Part shown: positions 40,394-52,029 of the stretch, one piece after another
Layout: every line of letters starts with the position of its first letter
Numbering within the stretch: position 1 is the first letter of the stretch
Origin: Psammoneis japonica
Taxonomy: Eukaryota
Reading direction: 5' to 3'
Assembly: GCA_008632985.1 (NCBI GenBank)
Contig: QPGO01000281.1
Coordinates: 1-64,000, forward strand
Length of the DNA stretch: 64,000 nt
Notes under the pieces: model-generated
Database searches by the model: none
What the model saw: the letters and a program-made list of their open reading frames with translations, nothing else
Told to the model about the DNA's origin: nothing
Program-made: the position numbers and the translations under genes

Positions 40394-40778
40394 GGATGCA
40401 TTCCAGGTCCAGGTGGGACCTCGCACTGCTGAACTGTGACATCGACAGTTTTTTGAATCACGTCGCATGTCGCGCACGCAGATTTCTACGTGATTTTTTC
40501 GACATTTTGTGTCATTTTACGGTGCGCTCATTGAGCGATCCGTCCAACAACTTTTGACATTTTTTGTTGCAGCGCGATTCTACAATGTCTTAAGAATTGC
40601 GCAGGGCAGGCGCATTTGCAAAAACGTCAAGTGGTGACAGGCACAATTGCACCACAAACTTGGCCACTTATTTGATGTTGAAGACAAATGTGTCCATTGA
40701 TTAAATTCTCGCACTGCGGAGCTCGCACGTAGAATTCTGCGGGCCCAATGTCACACGGAGTCCCACCTGGGGCTGGAA
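40394..40778. repeat. Diverged duplicate of 38737-39121 (5' end of the aminotransferase-like gene)
   Basis: gcattccaggtc[t/c]aggtgggacctcgcac … agtcccacc is colinear in both copies. Confidence 0.85.
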
Positions 40779-42019
40779 TGCGTTGGTGGCACAAATCCGG
40801 TCATCCCTTTGAGGACACATCATGACTCAACACCTGGAGGGCTGTCGGAAAAATGCAATGGACAAGGGAGTGGCAATGCCATCAACAAACACCAATCCCG
40901 TCACAACAGAAGACTTCAAGAACATTCTGGCAAGCATGGACAGCACAACCAAGAATCAGCAGCTCGTGCATCAAGTTTTCCACGCCTTTCATCGCAACAG
41001 AGGATGGCTGGCTGCTGCCATTGACAAATGGTTTGCCGAAAACAACGTGAAGCTCATGCCGCACACCACGGACGCTTCCAGCAAACCTCGCAAAATGCAT
41101 CGCGATGACAGAGGCGGGTTTGCTGTGGTGGCACGCCAAGCCAAATGTCAAATGATTAAAATGTTCACGGAGTTTGTGCTGCGAAAAACAGGCTGGTGTG
41201 TGGCAACTGCAATGCACAGGAGCAACAAGGTTGTGTCGATGAAACCAGTGGCAGTGAGTTAGTCGCACATTGTTTGTTTGTCCTTTTGTTGACAAACTTG
41301 TTTGGTTTGTGACTTTGTTCCCATTTCTGGTCCTTGACAGCAGGACCAGAACACTGAAGCATCAAAACAAGTTGCTCAGGGAGCATCCAGCAAAGACATT
41401 GACATTGCATCCCTTGTGGACCTTGCGAAAACAGCAAGCATGTTGTCAGAACAAATGGGAGTTCCGCTGTCCAAGGAAGATTTGCTCCAGTCGATTCATG
41501 GCAGCATGACAGTCACCAGTTCATCCCAAATGGTCAATGAAGAGATTGTGCTTGATCCGCAACATGAGTCCAAAACTCAGGTGTCAACACTGACCATGGA
41601 CACCACGCTAAATTGCCCATCTGAACCTGCAGCAAAGTGGAAGTTAACCGAGAAGGAGAAGGAGGCAGAGCCAATTGCTTGTCGGGAACGCAATGATGAA
41701 CTAGAACCCCTCACCATGGATTTGGATGTCATCGATGGTTGGAATTCCAATGATGAAGAGTTGGCAGAAATGGTGTCACAGGTGACTGTGTGATTTGGTG
41801 GTCCAATTGCTGTGGTGTTGGATGGCTCTAACCAACTTCCGCTTTGATGCCTTGTTTGGCTTGTCAGACACAGTTGTCTGGGTCCCCTTGTTGCAGGATG
41901 GAACAAGAGCCCGGGAGCGCTGCAGCGGCAAGAAAAATGCATTGTGTCATGCGGCTGAATTGCACGTCACTCACGCTGCCATTCTTCATGCAAAAGGTTG
42001 ATGAGATGGATGAGCCAAC

Positions 42020-42570
42020 TGGTGCAAAAGAAAAGGTGAGAGCATTGTCGGTGCTCCAGCTGTCGATTTGGACTGTTGCTCTAACAGCTCTTTGGCATCA
42101 TTGGGTTGCTGGATGCCACACCAAACCATCCCAGACAGTTGAAACACTGGAGGGAGTGCAAAAAAAACAAGTGAGTGAACAGAGTTCTGAGGCTGAGCGC
42201 AACACATGGCGGATTGGATTGACCAATCACACTGCTCCTGCTGTTCTTCATGACCAGGCAAATGAGGTGGTTGACATTGGCAACAATGAAAAGGTGAGAG
42301 CATTGTCGGTGCTCCAGTTGCAAATGAAGCCATTGCTCTGACCACTTTGGGGCGTCATTGCTGGATGCCAGACTCAACCATCCCCAGTTGCTGAAATGCC
42401 AGAGAGAGCACCACAGAAGATGGTGAGACCACATTGTCTTGCAGCCAATTGTGCAATTCATCGGACATGTCTCACACAGCCATTGTTGTTTGCAATGAGA
42501 AAGGTCGAAGAGACAATGGCAAATGGTGCAAATGAAAAGGTGAGAGCATTGTTGGTGCTCCGGATTGCCA
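42020..42570. repeat. Three imperfect ~250-bp repeats
   Basis: gaaaaggtgagagcattgt.ggtgctcc at 42030, 42288 and 42534. Confidence 0.7.
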
Positions 42571-44571
42571 TTGAGAAGTTGATCTGATGGCATTCAATGT
42601 GTGTCATGACGGCATTTCTTTTGCAGACTCAACCAGCCAACCACTCTAAACCATTGTCAAATCCATTGCAAAATGGGACGGTGAGAATGCATGATGAAGT
42701 CGTGTGGATTGTGCTCAGTGTCTTGGAAACACCTCTCACTTTGTTGTTTGTTTGCAACAAAGACAAAGACAGCAAATGACAAACGCACACACAAAACTGC
42801 AACACTCGTTGTGGCTCAAGCGGATCAAACAACTGCTTGCAATTCGCAGGCACAGAGCAAACATCATTGTTGATTTGGCGTGCCTGTTGTTGTGTTGTCT
42901 TGTTCACGCACGCATGCCAATTGTGTTTGTTTGTTTGTGTTTGCAGCGCAAGTGCGAGGAGGCTCACTTGTTCCATGCCTTGGTCCATCAAGATGATGGA
43001 AAATGTTTTGCTCAAGCGCACTTCAAAACCAACCCACTGTTCCCTGCAAAGTGCTGTGGCAAAAAGTGTGATGTTGCTTTTGGATCAAGCAGTCACAAGG
43101 TTGGACAAAGAAAGGCAGTTTGGGTTTGCATGAATGCATTGAATGGTTCTTGCAATTGCAGGTTTGCATTGTGTGTGCAGTGTTGTCAAAAGACCATGTC
43201 AGCTGCATCTAACAAACGGCGCCGAAGGACGACCCGAAACAACAACAACAAACAACAAGGCAACGCAATCGCGCACGACACAACAATGTGATTGCTTGGG
43301 ATTGATTTCACCGGCACAGTCAGGGTTCGGTGGATGTGTTTGTCAACAGAGTCAATCGAAGCACAGCTTCGCAAATGACAGTTGTTCAGAGCATCAACAA
43401 ATTTGTTCAGAGTTGTGATCTGTTTAAATGGAGAGGCTGTCGTTGTCCGTTGTTCATTCAGAGCTTTGCTCCAATTAAATGGAGATTCCACGCACGGGCA
43501 TCCAAACATTGTTCAGAGTCATGCTCTGATTGAATGGACACAATCACAGCAGCACTCTGAATGTCAGCACAATGCTCTAATTTACAAATTAATGCTCTGA
43601 AAATGCAATGCTCCAAACAAAATTCCATGGCTCCGAATGACCAAATTTACTCTGATTGTGCTCTGCATGGGCGTTGTCGCCTCAACTGACTCTTGTTTGC
43701 TCTGAATGTCCCACATTGTGTCGGGACAATTTAAATGAAGCATTGCTCAGAATGAAACATTCGGAGCACAAATGAAGAGAATCTCATTTGCAGTGGACTG
43801 TCGAGAATTGCCAACTCCTCACCACGGAGATGCTCGCCAAATGCTCACCACATCTGTTTGCATCAGTCGCGCGAATGCTTCCCGCCCCACCTGACCCCCT
43901 TCACACCCTTCCTCATCAACGCCCAAATTTCGCTAAGTCGAAAATTCCACTGCGCTGCAGCGCACTGTAGAGCAACGGTGATCGATTTGAGACGTCACGT
44001 GCTGAGCCGCATGTAGAAATCTACTGAGATGACTTGATGTGTTTTTCGTGTAAGTCGCCATGGCGTCTGCGGCCGTTTCTCACAACTTCTTCCAGATTTA
44101 AAACAATGGAAGCAGCACCGTGTGACAATGTCAAGTCCACATGATCATGTCAGGTGAAGAAAATGGCAAAATGGTGTGGACTTGTGGCTAAAATGGACTT
44201 GTTGCATTCACAGGATTGTTCGTGCACCATGCAAACTCAATGCGTGAGGCAGCTAAACTAGATCCACATGATGCACCAACAAGCTTAAAGACCAACTTAA
44301 ATCTGGAGGATTTAATCGGCTCATCATTGTGCAGTTTGATCTTAGACTGAGGGGTCGAAATGGCCCGAGAAAAGGATCTAAAACTTGACAATTGACAGCT
44401 TCTGAAAAAACTCCACAAGTCTGCGATTGCAGCACTGGACAAAAGAGAAATGAACTTCACAGACCAATTGGCACACGACGGTTCGATTGCTCTTCTTTTT
44501 GTTGTCATGCGGTTGAAATTTGACGCCGTTGCGGGCCATCATTTTCATGCTCTGTGTGCCACCATGTTGTC

Positions 44572-45157
44572 TGTCATGTGGCACAAGGCCCATTGTGGGT
44601 GATTGTGGTAAATTTAAGAGTCGTTCATGAAAAGTGAGACCACAAAAGTGTAAAATTATGAAGTGAATTTCTGGAGCGGTGATCTCGCGGAATGTTCTTC
44701 TGATTCTTTCTTTTCCAGAGAAATTCTGTTCTCGTCATGTAGGAACATTCCTGGGTTCTTCTTTAAGTGTGTGTCGTCCAAGGGAACGTCTTGGGACTTC
44801 CGAGGAGGTCACGTATGGTGTCCGAAGGTGTCACGGGAAAAATCGAGAGATCCGATTCACTCTTCATCGTTTCGACCGTTTTCTTGTGAGAATCGGATTG
44901 GCTGAAAAGGAACTTGAAGTTCGGCTGAGAAATGTCTTCTCGATTTACTTGGGAAGTGATGCACGTGTCCAGTTGTTTGCCATCGCTTTCCGCACATGTC
45001 TGGTTGTTTGCTCAGGAGGAAGATGTTGGACAATTGTTCATGCAGTGTGCATGTGTCTCTTGATGTGTGCTCACACAGATGTGTGTTGGTTCTGTCCGCA
45101 GTTCTCTGTTGTTCTTTGTGACGTCACGAAGTGTCGGGTCATGAGCACGACGTGACA
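44572..45157 (-). repeat. 3' LTR
   Basis: Direct repeat of 51209-51798. Confidence 0.95.
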
Positions 45158-45180
45158 CACGCCTCCTCCAATGAATTGCA

Positions 45181-45852
45181 TCAGGGAGAGAAAGGAACGA
45201 GACGCCGTGCATTGACAGTCTCAAGGCAATTTCCTTTTTGGATGATGACAGTGCCATTGGACTTTACTTCATGTGTCTCGGCGAGTTTGGATCGACGAGG
45301 GTTGTCGTTTCGGAGAGAAACAAGGTCTCCTGCTTTGAAGTCATGGTCGTGTCGCCGAGAGTTCTCACGCACGTTGTCTGCTTGCGCTTGTTGTCGGCGG
45401 CGAGCACAAATGGTCGGCCAGTGGACGTTGCATTGCAAGGGCAGGATCACATCGCGTCCAAAAGCAAGTTGGCTGGCAGAGGCTTGCATGACGGTGTGTG
45501 CCGTCGAGTTTGTTGCCCAAGTTGCTGAGGCCATTGTCACATTCCACGGATTCGGTTGATTAAATGCGTCGGGATCATCAACTTGTTGAGCTCGTGTGCA
45601 GCTCCATGAAACATCGTGGGTCCGTTCAAGTGATAAACTCACCTGTGGACTCCGCACTGTTGTGGGTTTAGACTCAATTCCATGAGAAATTGGCAGTTCT
45701 TGAAATTCAACACCTGTAAATTCTGTGCTGTTGTCGTGTGTGCAACAGACCGGGCGCGGGAATTTACACAACCATGCTTGGTTGAATGCTCTGGCTGTTT
45801 CCAGAGCTGAGACTGTGGAGATCTGCTCCATGCCAAAATGATGAGTGGCCAG
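45181..45852 (-). pseudogene. Gypsy integrase core and GPY/F region
   Basis: WLCKFPRP…HDNSTEFTG.EFQE…GIESKPTT…PQ…ERTH; …QLAFGRD; FKAGDLV; ETVNARRLVPF. Confidence 0.85.
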
Positions 45853-47034
45853 GGACACACGGCATTTTGTCGCATTTGGTGACATTTTCTTAAATGAATT
45901 GATGATTTGTCGCGAAAAGACGCGAATTGCAACAAAATGTCCGGGTTGGCAATAAACGGGACAGAAACATTGTTCAACTGAGTCACAAAATGATCAATGT
46001 CATTGATGACCAACCTGCACTTTGGCGATGTCGTTTCAACAAGTGGGGCAATTAACAGAATTTGGTGATCGATGTCATCGACGAAATTTCATCTGACAAA
46101 ATTTGTCGGATGCGACAAAATTTGTCGTGTGAGACAAATTTTGTCGGACGTCCGACAACGCATCCGACAAGACACGACAAGACACGACACGACACGACAC
46201 GTCACGACACGTCACGACACGTCACGACACGTCACGACACGTCACGACACGTCACAACACGTCACAACACGACGACTCACGAACGAAACACCCACACCCC
46301 CCGCCGCACACGCCAACTGCTGACGTCTCCGTTGACACTGTGTCTCTTTTGCACAATGATGCAAAGCGACGATCATGCCGCTCTCGGCGGTCTCCAATTT
46401 TTTTATTTCGAAATTTTGCACTGTCACTCCATGTCCCCGAATGTCGTGCTCTCGTCAATGCCGGGACAACATCGTACGCTTCTACACAGTGGAACGGAAT
46501 GTGCCGGCATGTGTTGCTGTGCTGCACCTTTCATCAGTGGGTGGCTGGGGCCCAGCTCTCTGCTGGTCTAGCGAGCGGCAGGCAAATCTCGTGGAGACAG
46601 TGTCGCAAACATCCGTCTGTCGGCGTTTGTCGGCTCTTGTTGGCTCTTGTTGGCGTTTGTCGTACGTTGTCGGGGTTTGTCGGGGTTTGTCGGATGCGAC
46701 AAAATTTGTCGTACGTCCGACAAAATTTGTCGCACGTCCGACAAAATTTGTCGCACCCGACAAAATTTGTTGCATCCGACAAAATTTGTCGCACGTACGA
46801 CAAAATCGCCAAAACATCAATTGATGAGTGCAGTCTTCGCCGAAAGCCAAATTCATCACAAAGCACCGCAGTTGACACAACGTTTGTGTTTGGGACACGC
46901 CATCGCCAATTAAATGATGATTTTGTCTCATTTATCGCCAACGATGTAAATTTGTCTCAAAGGGCGTTTTTCACGACAAATCGTCCAATTCATCCATGGG
47001 AATGTCGCAATTGGCGACAAAATGCCGTGTGTCC
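45853..47034. mobile_element. 1.18-kb non-autonomous TIR element (Harbinger-like) inserted in the integrase
   Basis: TIR ggacacacggcattttgtcgc / gcgacaaaatgccgtgtgtcc, TSD CAG on both sides. Internal 10-bp (gacacgtcac) and ~21-bp (cgacaaaatttgtcg…) arrays. Confidence 0.85.
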
Positions 47035-49549
47035 CAGATCTGCCATCGCCGGCACCAGCAGTGAAGGCAATCGGTCTGACGGTGTCAACTGCCACCTGCA
47101 ACCAGGGGTCGATCTCAAGGGCTTGCATGTCCTTGAGAGGTGTTTTTCCATGCACTCTGCGGTTCTCTTTGGACCTTGCACAGGCCTGGCATTGGTCTGT
47201 CTTGGTCTTGACGTCTTGGGTCAGACCTTGCCAATGGCAGCACTGTCTGAGGGTCTTTTCCATCCATTGGACACCTGGACAGCGCAAATTGACATGACAC
47301 CAATTCAACAGAGGTGCTTGTAGAGTGGCGGGGATGACAATCTTGTCCTTAAAAAGGGCCAGGCGCAGGTGTCCATCCTGCACCATGCAACTGCAGTCAG
47401 ATGATTCTTTCTGACTCGGGTCGGTGCGAGCAAGTTGCAGCGCTTTTTTGCACACAGCATCATCTTGCTGTGCTTCAATGATCGTGTCAAACGAGACAGG
47501 ACAGCGAGTGTTGTCGTCATGTTCAAAGGCGAAACACTCTTCCAGCATTGGATCTGCAGCTGGTGTCTCTGGGTCACCAGTCGTGGTCGCGGCACGGGAT
47601 GAGAAATCCGCGAGCACATTTTTTGCTCCCGGCAGGTGAAGAATCGTGGGACCAAACTCCTCAACAATCAGCCGCCAACGACACACACGGTCTGATTTGA
47701 AATTTGCAAAGGTCAGATTCTTGTGGTCCGCACAAATCGTGATCCTGTGACCCAACAGGATGTCACGACACTCTCGTAGCGTCACAACTGTCGACAGCAG
47801 TTCTTGTTCGATGACGGGATGTCTTTTTTGCGTGTCAGAGAGTTTGCGGGAGTGGAACATCATTGGGCGCTTGTCTTGAATGACAACGCTGCCCAGCTGG
47901 TGTTTTGAAGCATCGGTGTAGATGTGGAACATCTCATTGAAATCAGGGCAGGCAAGTGGCGTCTCAGCAGAGATTCGTCTCTTAATTTCTTGAAACGCTT
48001 GCTCGTGTTCGGGTTTCCACTCGAACTTGACTGCTTTCGAGGTCATGCTCGAAAGAGGTGCCAATGGATGGGCACGAAGGCACAACATTTCGAGACAGAA
48101 GTTCATCATTCCGATGAAACCTCTGAGTTCTTTCTTTGTTTTGGGCGAAACCAAATTCACAATCGCGTTGACCTTCTTCGGTTGCGGTTTGATTCCGTCT
48201 CTGGCAACAATGAACCCCAGGCACTCCGTTTCTAGAGCGCAAAAGAAAGTTTTTCGCAAATTTACTCTAAAGCCTGAATCACTCAAAAGCACAAATGCTC
48301 CACGCAATTGGGCGAGGTGATCATCAAAGGATCCCTTGCCAATGATCAACAAGTCGTCAACAAAAATCAGTGCAAATTCCAAGTGTCCTAACAGGTCAGT
48401 CATGACCTCTTGGAACACATCTGGGGCTGGTGCAAGTCCCATTGGTGATCTGCAGCAAGCACATTTGCCAAACGGCAGCGCAGCAGTCAGATGTTGCTGA
48501 CACTTCTGGCTGATCCGCATTGAAAAAAATCCCATGTTCAAATCGATCGCGGTGACACAAGCACAGCCGTGCAGCTTTCGTAGCATGGTTGGCATTGAAG
48601 GCAGAGGCCACGGGCGTCGTTGCATGCATCGATTTAAAAGCCAAAAGCAGGTGACGAATCGGCAATCACCACCTTTCTTCGGCATGAACAATGAAGGAAA
48701 TCCCCAAGCTGAGTCTGAGATCCTTCTCAGAACTCCCACTCGGCACAATCTCTCTGCTTCTTCTTTTGCCATGTTGCAGTTGATCTGGGGCATGCTGCAA
48801 GGTTGACACATGATGGGCTTGGTGCTGGGCTCAAGCTCAACATTGACCGGTGGTCGCTTGACGCATTGTCCGAGCTCTCCTTGCGTGAGACTGGAGAAGT
48901 CTTCCAGCAAGGCAATGAGAGCTTCACCTTGCTCTCTTGACAAGTGGTCAGGCACACACTCCCTCAAGTCCTCCACAGGACCACAGTCATTCGGGCGAAC
49001 AGCTTTGGCCTTGGGAGCCGCCACAAGCTCTTCTCGCGTCGTCGGTTGGTGCCAAAAATCCTCGGGATGTCTCATCGGAAAGGACAAGTCATCCCAAGCA
49101 ATGACTTTTTCTTGGAAATCAAGCTTCATCCCAAGCTTGAACAGGACATCTCGTCCTGCTGCAGCATCATAGATTCCTTGCAAGGGTGAAATGTAGAAGC
49201 ACAAATCGAATTGTCGGTGCAAGGACATGTCAAGGAATCGACAACGAGTGAGTGCGACATGAGTTGTCTGATGGGTCTGCGCAAACAAGGTCTCCCATCT
49301 TGTTGGTGCTGGGGTGGCCTCATCCAGTGTTCCTTTTGAGAGCACATCTCTTTTCATTGTTGTTCGACTGCTGCCGCTGTCGAGCAAGGCAAGCAGAACA
49401 TTGTTGCTTTTGTCTCGAGTCCCATCAACTGGATCGAGCAGTTGAAGTTGCACGACACATCCGGGGTTGACCTGGAACACATGAGCCCCTTCTCGTAGGA
49501 TGTGTCCCTCCATGAGGGAACACTGCGCAGTCGCAATCGTCCATTCCAT
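47035..49549 (-). pseudogene. pol: Gypsy pol: protease, reverse transcriptase, RNase H, integrase zinc finger
   Basis: LLDSGSS; AIDLNMGF, PMGL, FVDDLL, LGF; TDASK.QLG, EQELL, DHKNL, ADFSSR; H…PG…C..C. Confidence 0.92.
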
Positions 49550-49899
49550 CTGGACACAATGCCTCCATCAACTCCTGGGCGTCTGTGCTGTTGTCATGTT
49601 CAAAAATTGATGACGTCAGAGACGCGCGCTCGTCTGCGCTGTCTACAGGATCACGCTCGTCATCGGCATCTTCTCCAAAAGATGACAGCTCGTCCACAGA
49701 CGACATGCACAAGGTTGTCGACGATGCTGCTGACATGCTGCTGTCGGCACTCCACAAATCATTGCTGTCTGTCGATGTTGATCCACCATGTGGCACAAGT
49801 TCCGGCAGGCTGGATTCGTCAGTTGTTTCCACTGTGGATCCCTGTCTTTGTTGCAGCTCAAAGTTTTCTGGCAACAGAGAACGCAGCAATTCTCTTCCA

Positions 49900-50953
49900 C
49901 GCAAGCATCACATTCTCCATCTGATTCTTCATGAGAATGGCTCGCATCGTCTTCCTGCATCTCAAGTCCATCTTCTTGTTCGCAAGGTTCAGGTTCAGCA
50001 TCATCTCTTGTGCTGAGTTGTTCCAGTTGTTCAGCTGGGGTTGTGTCTGTGCTGCTGTCCAGGTTCTGGACTGGTGGAGCTTCTTCTGGCTCGTTCACGG
50101 CACGCATTTCTTGCTGGTTCGTTCGGGCATGTCCTCTCTGTTGACCACAACCTTGAGGATGGTTCCTGTCACGCTGTAAGTTGGCTTGGCATCGAGCAGG
50201 ATGTCGATGTGTTTGGTCAGGAGGAGCTCCGGCGTTGTTGTTGTCATTGTTGCTCGGTCGCATCGCTCGGTCGCCTCCATGTCCGCACGCGGTTCGGCAG
50301 CCGTGAGTGTGGGCACGTCTCTGGAATTGCCATTGGTTGCTTGACAACCTTCTCTCTTGTTGGGCCTTCTTCTTCTGCAGGAAGGATTCAATGGTGGAAC
50401 AGCATGTCTCCAAGTCTGCCGTGCCATGCTCGCCTCTGTGTCCGACGGACAGCTGGAATCTCTCGCGCCAATCATCCGGCACAGCGTGCTCTGCTGCATG
50501 AGTCAACTCTTGGTCGGTGAGAGGGGCTCTCTCTTCTGCAGAGCCTCTCATGCAGGGCACTGGCTCATTGATTTCCGAAACTCTGGAGGTGAAATCAATG
50601 AAGGCAGACTCTCTTGGCTTGCGCACGGAGCGCAAGTGCTGTTTCTGTGCCACCGCTGAGTTTTGCGGAAGCAATCCAGCAGTGACGGTCTCCAATGCTG
50701 CACTAAATTGTTCTGGGGTAAGATCTTGTGGGTCTTCAACTAGAGCTCTGACAGCTCTTTGATGTCGGTCCTTTGTGCAGCCTTTGGTTGGGCACAGCAT
50801 CTGGCAATGGAGGGCTGGTCCAGCGGTCCAGTGCTTGAGCTTTCTTGGCTCATGAAAGTTCTTTAAGAACACTGGGTGCTTCTCCTTGTTGGAGGCATCA
50901 CACTGATGGATGTAGAATGCCACAGTGTCTTCCGGGTCTCCCAGGTCAGGCAC
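49900..50953 (-). pseudogene. gag: Gypsy gag-like ORF
   Basis: Lies between the 5' LTR and pol. QKQHLRSVRKP…F..RV.EINE…AVPDDW…F pattern. Confidence 0.7.
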
Positions 50954-51208
50954 AACCTTGCACTTGATTGGGTTCGCAACGTCGTCCGCTGCATTTGGGG
51001 TGCGACTTGTGTGACTTCACAATCGCTTGACTGGTCATGTTCTCCTGTGCTGTGTGAGCATCATCTTGAGGCAATGCTCTAAAGTGCCATTCTTCAGTTC
51101 CGTCGAACTGGGGGCTGCATGCGTGGGCTTTCTTCGCCTTGAGCAGAATGCTCAGTGCTTTGCTGAGAGGCGGCATCATCACAATGACACGCCACTGTTT
51201 GATCAAAG

Positions 51209-51798
51209 TGTCATAGTGGCACAAGGCCCATTGTGGGTGATTGTGGTAAATTTAAGAGTCATTCATGAAAAGTGAGACCACAAAAGTGCAAAATTATGAA
51301 GTGAATTTCTGGAGCGGCGATCTCGCGGAATGTTCTTCTGACTCTTTCTTTTCCAGAGAAATTCTGTTCTCGTCATGTAGGAACGTTCCTGGGTTCTTCT
51401 TTAAGTGTGTGTCGTCTAAGGGAACATCTTGGGACTTCCGAGGAGGTCACGCATGGTGTCCGAAGGTGTCACGGGAAAAATCGAGAGATCCGATTCGCTC
51501 TTCATCGTTTCGACCGTTTTCTTGTGAGAATCGGATTGGCTGAAAAGGAACTTGAAGTTCGGCTAAGAAATGTCTTCTCGATTTGCTTGGGAAGTGATGC
51601 ACGTGTCCCGTTGTTTGCCATCGCTTTCCGCACATGTCCGGTTGTTTGCTTGGGAGGAAGATGTTGGACAATTGTTCATGATGTAGCATGCATGTGTCTC
51701 TTGATGCATGTTCACGTAGATGCACGTTGGTTCTGTCCGCAGTTCTCTGTTGTTCTTTATGACATCACGAAGTGTCGGGTCATGAGCACGACGTGACA
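51209..51798 (-). repeat. 5' LTR
   Basis: Direct repeat of 44572-45157. Confidence 0.95.
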
Positions 51799-52029
51799 TG
51801 TCGATGCTTGTTGTTTTCTGTTTTCTGGGCGTTGCCGTCAGTTTTGGTCGGTTTTGATGGGGGGGGGGGATTGTGTTTGGTTTGAAAGAGTGATGTGGCA
51901 GTTCGCATATGACGGAGAGACTGACGTAATATATTTTTAACGAAAAAGTCGTGGTGAGCATTTGGTGAGCATCTCCGTGGTGAGGAATTAGCAATTCTCG
52001 GACTGTCCAACAGAAAGGATCCAGTGTAA

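Larger units (their letters stand above)
33921..43795. mobile_element. 9.9-kb CACTA/CMC-like element with cargo
   Basis: TIR cactgcaaatgaga / tctcatttgcagtg, 2-bp TSD GA. Excision restores gat-gac-tgt of gene A. No transposase recognised inside. Confidence 0.8.
44572..51798 (-). mobile_element. Full-length Ty3/Gypsy LTR retrotransposon (inactivated)
   Basis: Two TGTCA…TGACA LTRs, TSD TGTC (44568-71, 51799-802), polypurine tract ggaggagg (-) at ~45162-45169, gag then PR-RT-RH-IN order. Confidence 0.95.
43802..52000. mobile_element. Non-autonomous TIR element (~970 bp once the nested LTR element is removed); superfamily unassigned
   Basis: ~50-bp TIR cgagaattgccaactcctcaccacggagatgctc… / …gagcatctccgtggtgaggaattagcaattctcg. 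Perfect 6-bp TSD GACTGT (43796-801, 52001-06). Confidence 0.85.
3945..52015. other. TpA-depleted (TA->TG/CA) domain 1, transposon-rich
   Basis: TA is frequent up to ~3941 (atacgtagca, tgtac, gtatg), then rare for 48 kb. Translations are nearly Tyr-free and Cys/His-rich. TA becomes common again from ~51900-52030. Confidence 0.92.

Noticed and set aside
46095..46806. CRISPR array
   Set aside because: Repeats are contiguous or have only ~6-bp near-identical gaps, lie inside a TIR element, and there are no cas genes.
3945..52015. Classical RIP, or CpG methylation decay alone, as the cause of the composition
   Set aside because: RIP increases TA and stop codons; CpG decay does not remove TA or turn Tyr into Cys/His.
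3945..52015. GC-biased gene conversion or foreign DNA with different composition
   Set aside because: AA, TT and AT remain common. The change is TpA-specific and affects a host paralogue and unrelated TE classes alike.
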